Assembly: GCA_963847705.1 (NCBI GenBank)
Contig: CAWKBC010000027.1
Coordinates: 128,001-192,000, forward strand
Reading direction: 5' to 3'
DNA length: 64,000 nt
Origin: an uncultured Pseudomonadota bacterium
Lineage (GTDB): Bacteria; Myxococcota_A; Polyangia; Fen-1088
Every line of letters starts with the position of its first letter. Position 1 is the stretch's first letter. The position numbers and the translations under genes are program-made. Shown here one piece after another: positions 19,519 to 28,629 of this stretch. The notes beneath the pieces are model-generated. The model made no database searches. It saw only the letters and a list, made by a program, of their open reading frames with translations, and was not told the origin of the DNA.

Positions 19519-19950
19519 ATGAAAGCGGTCGTCGAATCCGCAGGGAGGGTCGCCAGTCGGGTTCGGCTCGGCCGTCATGACCTTCTGTTCGACCAACCGG
19601 CACCCGTGCCCGGTGGAGAAGACCGAGGTCCGTCGCCTCTCGATGTTCTCGCCGCCTCGGTGGCGGCCTGCGCGCACTACTATGCAGCCGCATATCTGCA
19701 AACGCGGGGGTTGCCCACCGAGAGGCTGGTCGTCGAGGTGGAGTCTGAAAAGGACCGCGCGCCCGCGCCCCGTATTGGTCGCCTTTCGATGAAGGTTCGC
19801 CTCCCGCAGGGCCTCTCCGAGCGCCAGCTCGCCGGTGTCGAGCGAGCCATAAAGAGCTGTCCCGCGTACGGGACGCTGCTCCACCCCCCGACGGTGGAGC
19901 TGACGATCGAGACGGGTGGTGGCGTCGCTGGAGCGGAGCTGTCACCCTGA
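19519..19950 (+). CDS. OsmC/Ohr-like (YhfA-type) protein
   Basis: DQPAPVPGGEDRGPSPLDVLAASVAAC...SCPAYGTL, with two conserved Cys. Confidence 0.85.
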   Translation: MKAVVESAGRVASRVRLGRHDLLFDQPAPVPGGEDRGPSPLDVLAASVAACAHYYAAAYLQTRGLPTERLVVEVESEKDRAPAPRIGRLSMKVRLPQGLSERQLAGVERAIKSCPAYGTLLHPPTVELTIETGGGVAGAELSP

Positions 19951-19992
19951 AGCCATGACGACGACCGCCGGCGGATACGCCTCGAGGAGGCT

Positions 19993-20868
19993 GTGAAAGG
20001 GACGACCGGACGTTTCCGAGTCCCCGAAGGGGCTTCCGTCAGGCTTCACCGGTGGGCGACGTCGGTCAAGCCGCTCTACCGGTCCAAGGACGAATACCAC
20101 GATCTCCTGTCGGGCCAGGTCGAGGAGCTGAGCAAGCTTCAGCGACTGCTCTATGCTTCCAATCAGTACGCGCTCCTGCTGATCTTTCAGGCCATGGACG
20201 CCGCCGGCAAGGACGGCGCCATCGCGCACGTCATGTCGGGTGTCAACCCGCAGGGCTGTCAGGTGTTCAGCTTCAAGCACCCGAGCGCCGAGGAGACCGA
20301 GCACGATTTCCTCTGGCGAACCACGCGAGCCCTCCCGGAGCGCGGACGGATCGGGATCTTCAACCGGTCCTATTACGAGGAGGTCTTGATCGCGCGTGTG
20401 CACCCCGAGATCCTTCGGGCCGAAGGCCTGCCCCCGCACGAATTGGAGGAGGGCCACATCTGGCGGGGCCGGTATGAGTCCATCTTGGGGCTCGAACGGC
20501 ACCTCCATCGCAGCGGGACCCGGATCGTCAAATTCTTCCTGCACCTCTCGAAGGAGGAACAGCGGAAGCGGTTCTTGAAGCGCATCGACGATCCGGAGAG
20601 GCGGTGGAAGTTTAGCCAAGCTGACATCGAGGAACGAAAGTACTGGCGGCGGTACATGAAAGCGTACGAGGCGTGCCTCGGTGCCACCAGCACCGCCGGC
20701 TCGCCTTGGTACGTGGTCCCCGCAGACGACAAGAAAAACGCCCGCCTCATCGTCTCTCGGATCACTGTCGAGACGCTGGCCGCACTGAAGATGCAGTATC
20801 CGACGCTGTCAGGAGCCCGGCTGCGCGAGCTCCGGTCGATCCGGCGGCAGTTGACGAAGTCGTCCTAG
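19993..20868 (+). CDS. ppk2: Polyphosphate kinase 2 family protein
   Basis: Walker [39 protein letters not shown]. Confidence 0.92.
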   Translation: MKGTTGRFRVPEGASVRLHRWATSVKPLYRSKDEYHDLLSGQVEELSKLQRLLYASNQYALLLIFQAMDAAGKDGAIAHVMSGVNPQGCQVFSFKHPSAEETEHDFLWRTTRALPERGRIGIFNRSYYEEVLIARVHPEILRAEGLPPHELEEGHIWRGRYESILGLERHLHRSGTRIVKFFLHLSKEEQRKRFLKRIDDPERRWKFSQADIEERKYWRRYMKAYEACLGATSTAGSPWYVVPADDKKNARLIVSRITVETLAALKMQYPTLSGARLRELRSIRRQLTKSS

Positions 20869-20972
20869 CCGGTCCTCCCGGGCGCCGCGCAAATCCGTCG
20901 CCCCAAGCGCTGCAGCGTCGCTCCCTACGCAGAAAATGCGCGGTTTGCCGGAACCGCGGGTGGATTCCCGGC

Positions 20973-20988
20973 TGGAACGCCGGTTGCA
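20973..20988 (+). promoter_or_regulatory. sigma54 promoter
   Basis: TGGAACGCCGGTTGCA; CGCA-gaaaa-TGCG palindrome at 20928-20940. Confidence 0.75.
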
Positions 20989-21005
20989 TTTCCATCGAGG
21001 CAGCC

Positions 21006-22382
21006 ATGAAAATCGTATGTGCCACGGACTTCACGCCGCGCGGGCAGGCCGCGGCTCAGGTCGCCGTCGATCTCGCGCGTCGGACCAAAGGATGGGTCGA
21101 GCTGGTCCACGTGATGAAACCCGGCACTGTCGACATTCTGGCTCTAGCCGCCGACGCCCTGGTCCTCGAAGCGGAGGTGCGGTCCAGCGTCGAGGCTCGA
21201 CTGGCCAGGGAGTGCGACCGTCTCTCCACCGCGGACATTCCCGTCACTTTTCACATCTGCGAGGGCGACGTAGAGATCTCCGTGCTTCGCCGCGCCGAAG
21301 AGATCGCGGCGGACCTCGTCGTTGCCGGAACCCACGGGCGATCGGCCTTGCGCCGGTTCGTCATCGGCAGTGTGGGCGAGGAGCTGGCGCGCAGCTCCGC
21401 TCGGCCGATCTTGATCGTCCCTCCCGGCGTGGAGGGGCTCGGCTCGGGGCACGGCCCATCAAGGACATTGTCCGTCACCGTGGCGGTCGACGGGCGAACG
21501 ACGAGCAGCGGCGCCCTCAGCTTCGTGCGAACCCTCCGAGCTCACGTCCCCTGTGATGTGACCTTTCTGCGGCTCTATTGGGCCATGGAGGAGTTCGAGC
21601 GGCTCGGCCTCAACGGGCTGCGCGAGCTGTTCGAGCCCGACGCCGAGGTGGTGGCCAATCTCCTGCGGGCGCTGCACCTCGAGGTCGGGGTTCTTCCGGG
21701 CGCGGGCGGAACGTCGTTCATCGTCAGGCCCGCTTGGGGCGAGCCGTCGGTTCAGATCCTCGACTTCGCGCGCGGTCGGTCCGATGACCTGCTGATCGTG
21801 GGAGCCGAAAGCAGGCGCGGTCTGGGTCGAATCAGTCACCCGGCCGTCGCGGAGCAGATCGCGCACGAGGCGTCGCGGGTCCCGGTGGTGTTCGCTCGGA
21901 GTGGCGAACAGAAGAGCCTCGAAACGGTGACTCCGACAATCTTCACCGTTCTCGCCCCCACCGACCTCTCGCCGGTGGGGAACCGCGCGGTCCCCTACGC
22001 GTACGCCATGCTCCCCTCGCACGGCGGGGTCGTCGAGCTCTGTCACGTGCACGAGCGCGCCCTGGCCTCACCTGCCTATGCCTACGAGCGGACGGAGGGA
22101 AAGCTGACCGAGGATGAACGGACGCGGATCGAGGGCCAGCTGCGCGCCCTCATCCCGAGCGACGCCCAGGAGCGAGGCATCACCACCCACGTCACGGTCA
22201 TCGACGGGGGACGCGCCGGCGACGCCATCGTTCAAGCGTCCGAGCGGCTGGTCGTGGACGCCGTCGTCCTGGCTTCGCATGGCCAGAGCGGGGCGCTGAA
22301 ATCGCTGCTCGGCTCGGTCTCGCACGCCGTCATGGAACGGAGCCGCCGGCCGGTCCTGATCATTCCGAGCCTTCGCTCATGA
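21006..22382 (+). CDS. Universal stress protein (three USP domains)
   Basis: MKIVCATDFT, AGTHGRSALRRFVIGSVGE, APTDLS, ASHGQSG..LLGSVS. Confidence 0.9.
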   Translation: MKIVCATDFTPRGQAAAQVAVDLARRTKGWVELVHVMKPGTVDILALAADALVLEAEVRSSVEARLARECDRLSTADIPVTFHICEGDVEISVLRRAEEIAADLVVAGTHGRSALRRFVIGSVGEELARSSARPILIVPPGVEGLGSGHGPSRTLSVTVAVDGRTTSSGALSFVRTLRAHVPCDVTFLRLYWAMEEFERLGLNGLRELFEPDAEVVANLLRALHLEVGVLPGAGGTSFIVRPAWGEPSVQILDFARGRSDDLLIVGAESRRGLGRISHPAVAEQIAHEASRVPVVFARSGEQKSLETVTPTIFTVLAPTDLSPVGNRAVPYAYAMLPSHGGVVELCHVHERALASPAYAYERTEGKLTEDERTRIEGQLRALIPSDAQERGITTHVTVIDGGRAGDAIVQASERLVVDAVVLASHGQSGALKSLLGSVSHAVMERSRRPVLIIPSLRS

Positions 22383-22792
22383 GGCCGCGATCTCCAGACC
22401 GCGAAGATTCCTCAGCGGTGAGCACACTCCTCAAGGAGACCACTGACAATCTCGGAGCGCTCGTCGCCGATCACCTCAAGCTCGCCCGGATCGAGCTCGA
22501 GACAGATGTCCGCATCTATGCCGGCGCGCTGGGGATCTCGCTTGCCGCTGGCGTTCTTCTGCTCGTCGGCTACCTCTTCGCCTGGGCGGCGGTGGCGGTC
22601 GGCCTGGCCAAGCTCTGGGGCGCGCCCGCCGGCTTCGCGGTGGTGGCGGGGGCTCACCTGCTCGTTGGCGGCGTCAGCCTGGCTGCCGTCTCGCGAAAGC
22701 TGCAGAGAACCAAGGTCCTCCGGGAATCGATCGTCGAAGTCCGCCGGAGCGTTCGCGCGCTGGCGCATCCGTTGAAAGGACAGGCGTCGTGA
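22379..22792 (+). CDS. YqjE/holin-X-like two-TM membrane protein
   Basis: LVADHLKLARIEL followed by two hydrophobic helices; overlaps the usp stop. Confidence 0.7.
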   Translation: MRPRSPDREDSSAVSTLLKETTDNLGALVADHLKLARIELETDVRIYAGALGISLAAGVLLLVGYLFAWAAVAVGLAKLWGAPAGFAVVAGAHLLVGGVSLAAVSRKLQRTKVLRESIVEVRRSVRALAHPLKGQAS

Positions 22793-23010
22793 CAGAGCGC
22801 CCGGTATCGGAGGCCGCATTGTCGGAGCGACTGGCCCGCGCCGAGGCGGACGTCGAGCAGGCGCGGGAGCGCGTCTCCTCGTCGGTGCTGGCCTTGCGGG
22901 ACGAGCTCGCGCGGCAATCTGACTGGCGGCGCTGGCTGCTGCGCCATCCCCTGGCGAGCTTGGGGGGCGCCCTGGCCGTCGGATTTGTGCTGGGGCGCCG
23001 ACGCCCGTAG
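22789..23010 (+). CDS. Small C-tail-anchored protein (DUF3618/YqjK-like)
   Basis: Coiled N-terminus, then DWRRWLLRHPLASLGGALAVGFVLGRR. Confidence 0.65.
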   Translation: MTERPVSEAALSERLARAEADVEQARERVSSSVLALRDELARQSDWRRWLLRHPLASLGGALAVGFVLGRRRP

Positions 23011-23036
23011 GGGCCCGGAAGCTGCGGAGGAGATCG

Positions 23037-23234
23037 ATGAAGACCACCGACCAGATCGAAGCCGGCAGTTGTGACGCGGGAGCGAGGGTGCGACCCGAGG
23101 CGCAGGAGGCAAAACGGCGCCTGTCGTCCTGGAACGAGACGCTGACCGACTATATCAAAGAGAACCCGGGGCGTTGCCTGCTGGGCGCGCTCGCACTCGG
23201 GTTCGTGGTCGGCAAGATCGCCAGGCGGGTGTGA
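23037..23234 (+). CDS. ElaB/YqjD (DUF883)-like small protein
   Basis: YIKENPGRCLLGALALGFVVGKIARR; GGAGGAG RBS. Confidence 0.7.
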   Translation: MKTTDQIEAGSCDAGARVRPEAQEAKRRLSSWNETLTDYIKENPGRCLLGALALGFVVGKIARRV

Positions 23235-23248
23235 GGGAGGTGAGGACT

Positions 23249-23518
23249 ATGGACGCATCGGAACCAACCTCGGTCGGAAGTCCACTTGCCGATCTCAGGA
23301 GACAGGTGAGCCGGCACCCGTACGGGACCGTCGCTGCGGCGCTGGGAATCGGTTACGCGCTCGGGGGCGGGATCTTCACGCCGCTGACGTCGCGTGTGGT
23401 GCGGCTCGGGCTGCGGATCGGCATCCGGACCGCGCTGCTTCCGATCCTGAAAGCAGAGTTGTCCGAGGCGGTTGAAACATTCATCGGCAGCAGGAACCAA
23501 GCGGGAGAAGCGTCATGA
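23249..23518 (+). CDS. Small membrane protein
   Basis: RHPYGTVAAALGIGYALGGG; GGAGGTGAGGA RBS. Confidence 0.65.
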   Translation: MDASEPTSVGSPLADLRRQVSRHPYGTVAAALGIGYALGGGIFTPLTSRVVRLGLRIGIRTALLPILKAELSEAVETFIGSRNQAGEAS

Positions 23519-23793
23519 ATCTCAAGGACGTTCGGAATCTCGACAAGGACGAGATCCTCAGCCTTCTGGGGTTGGAGAAGAAGCCCTCTCCCGGTGTGGG
23601 ACTGGCAGCGGCGTTGGGAACCTTCGGGGTCGGCTTGCTCGTGGGTGCCGGCATCGCCCTCATTCTGGCGCCAAAACCGGGACACGAGCTGCGCCAAGAG
23701 ATCCGGGACCGGCTACGGCGTGGCCCCAACGAGGTCAAGGAAGAGACGACGACGACGGGCGGCGCAAAGGCCGCGAACGACCCACAGGCGTGA
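23515..23793 (+). CDS. YtxH-like protein
   Basis: FGVGLLVGAGIALILAPKPGHELR. Confidence 0.75.
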   Translation: MNLKDVRNLDKDEILSLLGLEKKPSPGVGLAAALGTFGVGLLVGAGIALILAPKPGHELRQEIRDRLRRGPNEVKEETTTTGGAKAANDPQA

Positions 23794-23856
23794 GGTCGGT
23801 GGTTCCGCCGAGATCACAGATTCACAAATCACAACGCACTTGAAGGAGAACCAGCC

Positions 23857-24927
23857 ATGGCGACGACGATGCGAGCGGCCGTATTTCAGGGGAAGGGAAA
23901 GATTGCACTGCGCGAGGTCCCGCGCCCGGTTCCGGGCGTCGGACAGGCGCTCATCAAGGTGACGCTGACGACGATCTGCGGAACCGACGTCCACATCTTG
24001 AAAGGTGAGTATCCAGTCAAGGAAGGACTCATCGTCGGTCACGAGCCTGTCGGCGTGATCGAAGAGCTCGGACCCGGCGTGACCGGGTATCAAAAAGGGG
24101 ACCGGGTCATCGTCGGCGCCATCACCCCCTGTGGCCAGTGCCGCGCCTGCCTGTCGGGCAGCCTGTCGCAGTGCGGCCACGGCGGAGACCGCTACGAGGC
24201 GATCGGCGGCTGGCGGTTCGGGAACACCATCGACGGCTGCCAGGCCGAGTACGTGCTGGTTCATGACGCCCAGGCCAACCTGGCCAAGATCCCCGCCGGC
24301 CTCTCGGACGAGGAGGTCCTGCTCTGCCCGGACATCATGTCGACGGGCTTTTCGGCCGCCGAGCATGGCCACGTACGGCTGGGCGACGCAGTCGCGGTGT
24401 TCGCGCAGGGGCCGATTGGGCTCTGCGCGACCGCGGGCGCACGTCTGGCTGGCGCCTCGCTGGTGATCGGAATCGACAGTGAGCCCAAGCGTATGGAGAT
24501 GTCTCGGCGGATGGGGGCCGACGTCGTTCTCAACTTCAAGGAGCAAGACGTGGTCGCTGAGATCAAGCGACTCACGGGCGGGGGCGTCGATGTGGCGATC
24601 GAGGCGCTCGGGACCTCGGGCACCTTCGAAAACGCCCTGCGCTGTGTGCGTCCGGGCGGCACCGTGTCCAGCCTCGGCGTCTACTCCGGTCACCTCACGT
24701 TGCCGCTCGACGCCTTCGCGGCCGGCCTCGGGGACCACACCATCGTGAGCTCCCTCTGTCCGGGGGGAAAGGAGCGGATGCGGCGGCTCATGAGCATCGT
24801 GGCGGCCAAACGGTTCCCGTTTCAGGAGTTGGTCACCCATCCGTTCCGCCTGGCCGATATCGAAGCCGCCTACGACCTCTTCTCGCATCAGCGTGACGGG
24901 GTCATGAAGGTCGCCATCCGGCCGTAG
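23857..24927 (+). CDS. Zinc-dependent alcohol dehydrogenase (MDR family)
   Basis: ICGTDVH, GHEPVG, CGQCRAC...C structural zinc site, CPDIMSTG, AQGPIG. Confidence 0.92.
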   Translation: MATTMRAAVFQGKGKIALREVPRPVPGVGQALIKVTLTTICGTDVHILKGEYPVKEGLIVGHEPVGVIEELGPGVTGYQKGDRVIVGAITPCGQCRACLSGSLSQCGHGGDRYEAIGGWRFGNTIDGCQAEYVLVHDAQANLAKIPAGLSDEEVLLCPDIMSTGFSAAEHGHVRLGDAVAVFAQGPIGLCATAGARLAGASLVIGIDSEPKRMEMSRRMGADVVLNFKEQDVVAEIKRLTGGGVDVAIEALGTSGTFENALRCVRPGGTVSSLGVYSGHLTLPLDAFAAGLGDHTIVSSLCPGGKERMRRLMSIVAAKRFPFQELVTHPFRLADIEAAYDLFSHQRDGVMKVAIRP

Positions 24928-24961
24928 CGCGAATCTCCGAACAAAACCACTGTCCGACCAG

Positions 24962-25000
24962 CGAGGCGACCGTCGACGAAGCATGTCGACGGTCGCCTCG
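24962..25000. terminator. 16-bp perfect inverted repeat after adh
   Basis: CGAGGCGACCGTCGAC-7 nt-GTCGACGGTCGCCTCG; no U-tract. Confidence 0.55.
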
Positions 25001-25049
25001 TCGCGTCTGGCGATCGAGCGGCGCCGTCACCCGAGGAAGAGGTCGTCGG

Positions 25050-25092
25050 CGCACGGGTTGCGTCGGTCAACTGGCGAAACGCAGATTTTGCG
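25050..25092. promoter_or_regulatory. Paired palindromic operator
   Basis: CGCA-cgggt-TGCG at 25050 and CGCA-gattt-TGCG at 25080, 30 bp apart. Confidence 0.7.
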
Positions 25093-25145
25093 TGGCGTTC
25101 CGAGTCAGCGCCGAGAAAACACGCAGTCACATCGATGAAGTGCCT

Positions 25146-25161
25146 TGGCGCCGCCATTGCA
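25146..25161 (+). promoter_or_regulatory. sigma54 promoter for yceI-porin
   Basis: TGGCGCCGCCATTGCA. Confidence 0.7.
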
Positions 25162-25174
25162 ATTGACGCTCGCC

Positions 25175-25831
25175 ATGACTCACAGGACATCAGTGGGTGT
25201 GGCGGGAACGTTCCTGCTCTTGGCCGCCTTCTCTGCTCGCGGCGAAGGATCGGAAGCGGTCGGTATGAACGCACTCACGTTCGCGCCTGGCGCGACGCTG
25301 GAGCTCGACGGAGATTCCAGCCTTCACCGCTACAGCGCGAAGGCGCGGCGGATCGAGGTTGGCGTCGACCTCGACGATGCGCGGGCGGCAGCCGCCGCGA
25401 CGCCGCCGGATCTGGCGGCGTTGGTCCAAGGGCACTTCGTCAAGTCGTTCGCGCTCGTCGTACCGGTCGACCAGCTCAGCTCGGGCGAGAAGGGGCTCGA
25501 CGAGAACATGCGCAAAGCGCTCAAGGGCGCTCAGTACAAAGACATCCGGTTTCAAATGGATTCGTACGACGTACGGGTGCCTTCGCCAGGCGCCGCGGCC
25601 TTCTCGGTCACGTTGCGTGGGCGACTCAGCCTGGCGGGCGTGGAGCGGCGGATCGACGTCGTCGCCACCTGCGTTCGCGTGGGGGAAGGCCTTCGCCTGA
25701 CCGGCAGTAAGGAGCTGCTGATGACGGATTACCAGATCAAGCCGCCGACACTGATGCTCGGCGCAATCAAGACCGCTGATCTCATCACGGTCAAGTTCAA
25801 CGCCACGCTGCAGAAAAGGACCCGACAATGA
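25175..25831 (+). CDS. Exported YceI family protein
   Basis: GDSSLHRY, VPVDQLSSGEKGLDENMRKALK, GRLSLAGVER, MTDYQIKPP. Confidence 0.8.
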   Translation: MTHRTSVGVAGTFLLLAAFSARGEGSEAVGMNALTFAPGATLELDGDSSLHRYSAKARRIEVGVDLDDARAAAAATPPDLAALVQGHFVKSFALVVPVDQLSSGEKGLDENMRKALKGAQYKDIRFQMDSYDVRVPSPGAAAFSVTLRGRLSLAGVERRIDVVATCVRVGEGLRLTGSKELLMTDYQIKPPTLMLGAIKTADLITVKFNATLQKRTRQ

Positions 25832-27138
25832 CCACGAAGTTGACCGTAGCGATCCTGGGCCTGACCGCGATCCTCGGAGCGCCAGCCTTTGCCGAGATTC
25901 CGGTCGCCAAGACCGACGATGCGGAGCTCGACATCGGAGGGATGGTGCAGTTGCTCGGCTTCGCCCAGCACCTCGACGACCCTTACAAGAATGACGATCG
26001 GGCCTACCTGTTCATGAACAGGGCGCGTCTGCGGCTGTCGGGCCGGTACGAGAGCGTGTCGTTCTACACGGAGATGGGGTTGGGCGGCGAAGACTCGGTG
26101 GTCGCCCAGACCGGCGTGTCGCTGAGCCTGCTCGACTTCGCTTTCAACATTCCGCTCGGGTACAACCACACCACCTATCTCAAGGTGGGGCAGTTCAAGG
26201 TCCCCTACGGGCGCGAGCAGCTCACCTACGAGGGCAACTTTCAGTTCGCGGATCGCTCGATCAACAATCTCGGCTTCATCGTCGGCCGCGACGTGGGCGC
26301 GGCGGTGGTCTCGCATCCAGGCCTCTTCACGCTGATCGGTGGCGTCTTTACCGGCGGGGGGCGCGACGTGCCGCCGGATCACTATCTTCCGGAGAAGCTG
26401 GGGATCCCGCTCTTTGCAGCTCGCGCCGGCATCGGCAACTTCGACGAGGACCCGTTCTATCTTTCCCAGGACGTCACCGGGTTCCGAGGACTGGTCGACC
26501 GCCAGATGCGGGGAGCTTTCTTCGTGAACGCCCTCTACACCAAAGACACCTTGATCGGGCACTCCACGGTCCTGAACGTCAAGCTGGCGGACAAGTCGCT
26601 GCTTCTCGACAGCAACTGGAACCCCTACATCGCCGAGGCGCCCTTTAGCCAAGGGACTTGGTGGCAGGCGGGCGCGGACGCAGCGGGGCAGGTGGCGCTT
26701 CGCGAGATCGAGCTTTCGGGCCAGGCGGCCTTCGACTTCGGCAAGTACTCGAACGGGTATGGCGCCGTTCAGATGTGGGGCGTCCGGGCGCAGGGAGCCC
26801 TGAACTACCGGGTGTTCGAGCTGGCCGTTCGCTACGCGATGCTGGTCCCCGACAGCAACTTCTCCTACGGGACCGTACCCATCACGGGTTCGGAGCCCAT
26901 CCAAGAGATCACCACCAGCGCCACCTGGTTCATCCGAGGGCAGCGCCTCAAGCTGCTGGCCGACCTCCCTATCATCATTCACGACCCGGTCTTCACCGAG
27001 GCGAACGTCGGCAGCTACGCGGCGACCGACCTGCCCGATCAGGCGACGGTGCTTGCGACCGCTGGGGTGCCGAACGGGAACACGGTCACCCGGCAGAACG
27101 TGATCGAAGCGCGGTTGATGTTGCAGGCGCAGTTCTGA
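25828..27138 (+). CDS. Outer-membrane porin (OprO/OprP-like)
   Basis: Signal peptide; RARLRLSG, KVGQFKVPYGRE, GRDVG; C-terminal LQAQF beta-signal. Confidence 0.75.
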   Translation: MTTKLTVAILGLTAILGAPAFAEIPVAKTDDAELDIGGMVQLLGFAQHLDDPYKNDDRAYLFMNRARLRLSGRYESVSFYTEMGLGGEDSVVAQTGVSLSLLDFAFNIPLGYNHTTYLKVGQFKVPYGREQLTYEGNFQFADRSINNLGFIVGRDVGAAVVSHPGLFTLIGGVFTGGGRDVPPDHYLPEKLGIPLFAARAGIGNFDEDPFYLSQDVTGFRGLVDRQMRGAFFVNALYTKDTLIGHSTVLNVKLADKSLLLDSNWNPYIAEAPFSQGTWWQAGADAAGQVALREIELSGQAAFDFGKYSNGYGAVQMWGVRAQGALNYRVFELAVRYAMLVPDSNFSYGTVPITGSEPIQEITTSATWFIRGQRLKLLADLPIIIHDPVFTEANVGSYAATDLPDQATVLATAGVPNGNTVTRQNVIEARLMLQAQF

Positions 27139-27142
27139 GTCG

Positions 27143-28058
27143 ATGGCTCGCACCCGGTATCGCTCGGCAGTCGACCGCATCAAGCTGAGGGACCTCCCCG
27201 CTGGGGCGATGCGGGCGGTCTGGCGGGAGGGGTACACGCGAGCTCGGGATCGGAAATGTCGTGACGCCGTTCTTCGGTGGCATCCCCGCGACGGGTGCCA
27301 TCGCGCGCACCGCCACCAACTTCCGCTCGGGGGCGCGCTCCCCAATGGCCTCGATCGTCCACGCGATGACGGTGCTCGTCGCCGTCATCGTGCTGGCCCC
27401 CCTCATAGGTTACCTGCCGATGGCAGGCTTGGCGGCTCTGCTCCTGTTGGTCGCCTGGAACATGAGCGAAGTGAAGCACTTCGCTCACATCCTGCGCGTG
27501 GCGCCTCGCAGTGACGCCTTTGTGCTCGTCACCTGTTTCGTCCTCACGGTGGTGTTCGACATGGTCGTCGCTGTCTCGGTCGGTGTGGTGTTAGCGGCGC
27601 TGCTATTCATGCGTCGGATGGCAGAGATCACCCACAGCCGCCTGACCGGCGAAGGGGGGCGGGGAGGGGACGCGACAGGAATCCCTGTCCCTTTCGACAA
27701 GAAGATCGCCATCTGCGACGTCGCTGGGCCGCTGTTCTTCGGCGCCGCGCAGGAAGCGGTGGGGAGCCTCGCCGCGATCGATGACGGCTTGAAGGCTCTG
27801 ATCGTTCGCCTTGATCAGGTTCCGATCATGGACGCCACAGGTCTGGTCGCTCTCGAGAGTGCGATCGCGGCGCTTTCGAAGCGGGGCTGCGTCACCATCC
27901 TCTCCGGATTGCAGAAACAACCGCAAGGCCTGATCGAACGCGCAGGGCTCGCCAAGCGCGGCTGGAAGCTCTTCATTCGTTCCGACACCCGGACGGCGGT
28001 CGAGAAGGCGCAGGCGCTGGTCGGCGCTCCATCCGACGCTCTTGCGGGCACTTCGTGA
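27143..28058 (+). pseudogene. SulP/DauA family transporter with a large internal deletion
   Basis: About 33 N-terminal codons (...VWREGYTRA) are joined out of frame at about 27243 to LGIGNVVTPFFGGIPATGAIARTATN, followed by a STAS domain (GPLFFGAA, MDATG). Confidence 0.8.
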
Positions 28059-28171
28059 CGGCCCCGGGTGCCCAAAGCCGTCCCAGGACAATCTCGACCA
28101 CAATCGTCACCGGCTTGACACCTGATGTTCGCTTCCACTGGCCCAGACGGGACTAGAGTCACGGGCCACAA

Positions 28172-28629
28172 ATGCTTCCACCAAAGCTCGTAGTGGCGCC
28201 GGTTGATTCCGTTTCAGCGATCCGTCCCGGCAAGCGGTGGACACAGCAGCTGACATGGCGTCCCGCTTCGGCGCCACGCTTCTCCTCGTTCACGTGGTGC
28301 CCGCGTTGCCCAAGCTCCCGAACAGCGTCTCCATGTTCAAGGAGGCCGAATACGAACGGTGGCTTCACGAAGAGGCGGGCAAGACGATCGTCGAACTGTC
28401 CAAAAAATACGAGCAGGCGGGAATTTCGGTGCAAACAGAGGTGGGAATCGCGAACGATGTCGGCATGGAGATTCTCCGGGTCGCCCAGAAACATAAGGCG
28501 GACCTGATCGTGATCGCCACGCATGGAGTGTCGGGCTGGCACAAGGTGCTGTTCGGCTCCGTTGCGGAGAAGGTCGTCCGGCTCTCGGAAGGCCCCGTGC
28601 TGCTCCTGAAGCGCCCAAGCGGCCAATAA
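28172..28629 (+). pseudogene. Single-domain universal stress protein, frameshifted
   Basis: MLPPKLVVAPVD, then 5 extra nt (TCCGT), then FSDPSRQAVDTA...IATHGVSGWHKVLFGSVAEKVVR. Confidence 0.8.

Noticed and set aside
22379-22792. Phage holin implying a lysis cassette
   Set aside because: It is a YqjE-type membrane protein in a stress operon, with no endolysin or phage context.
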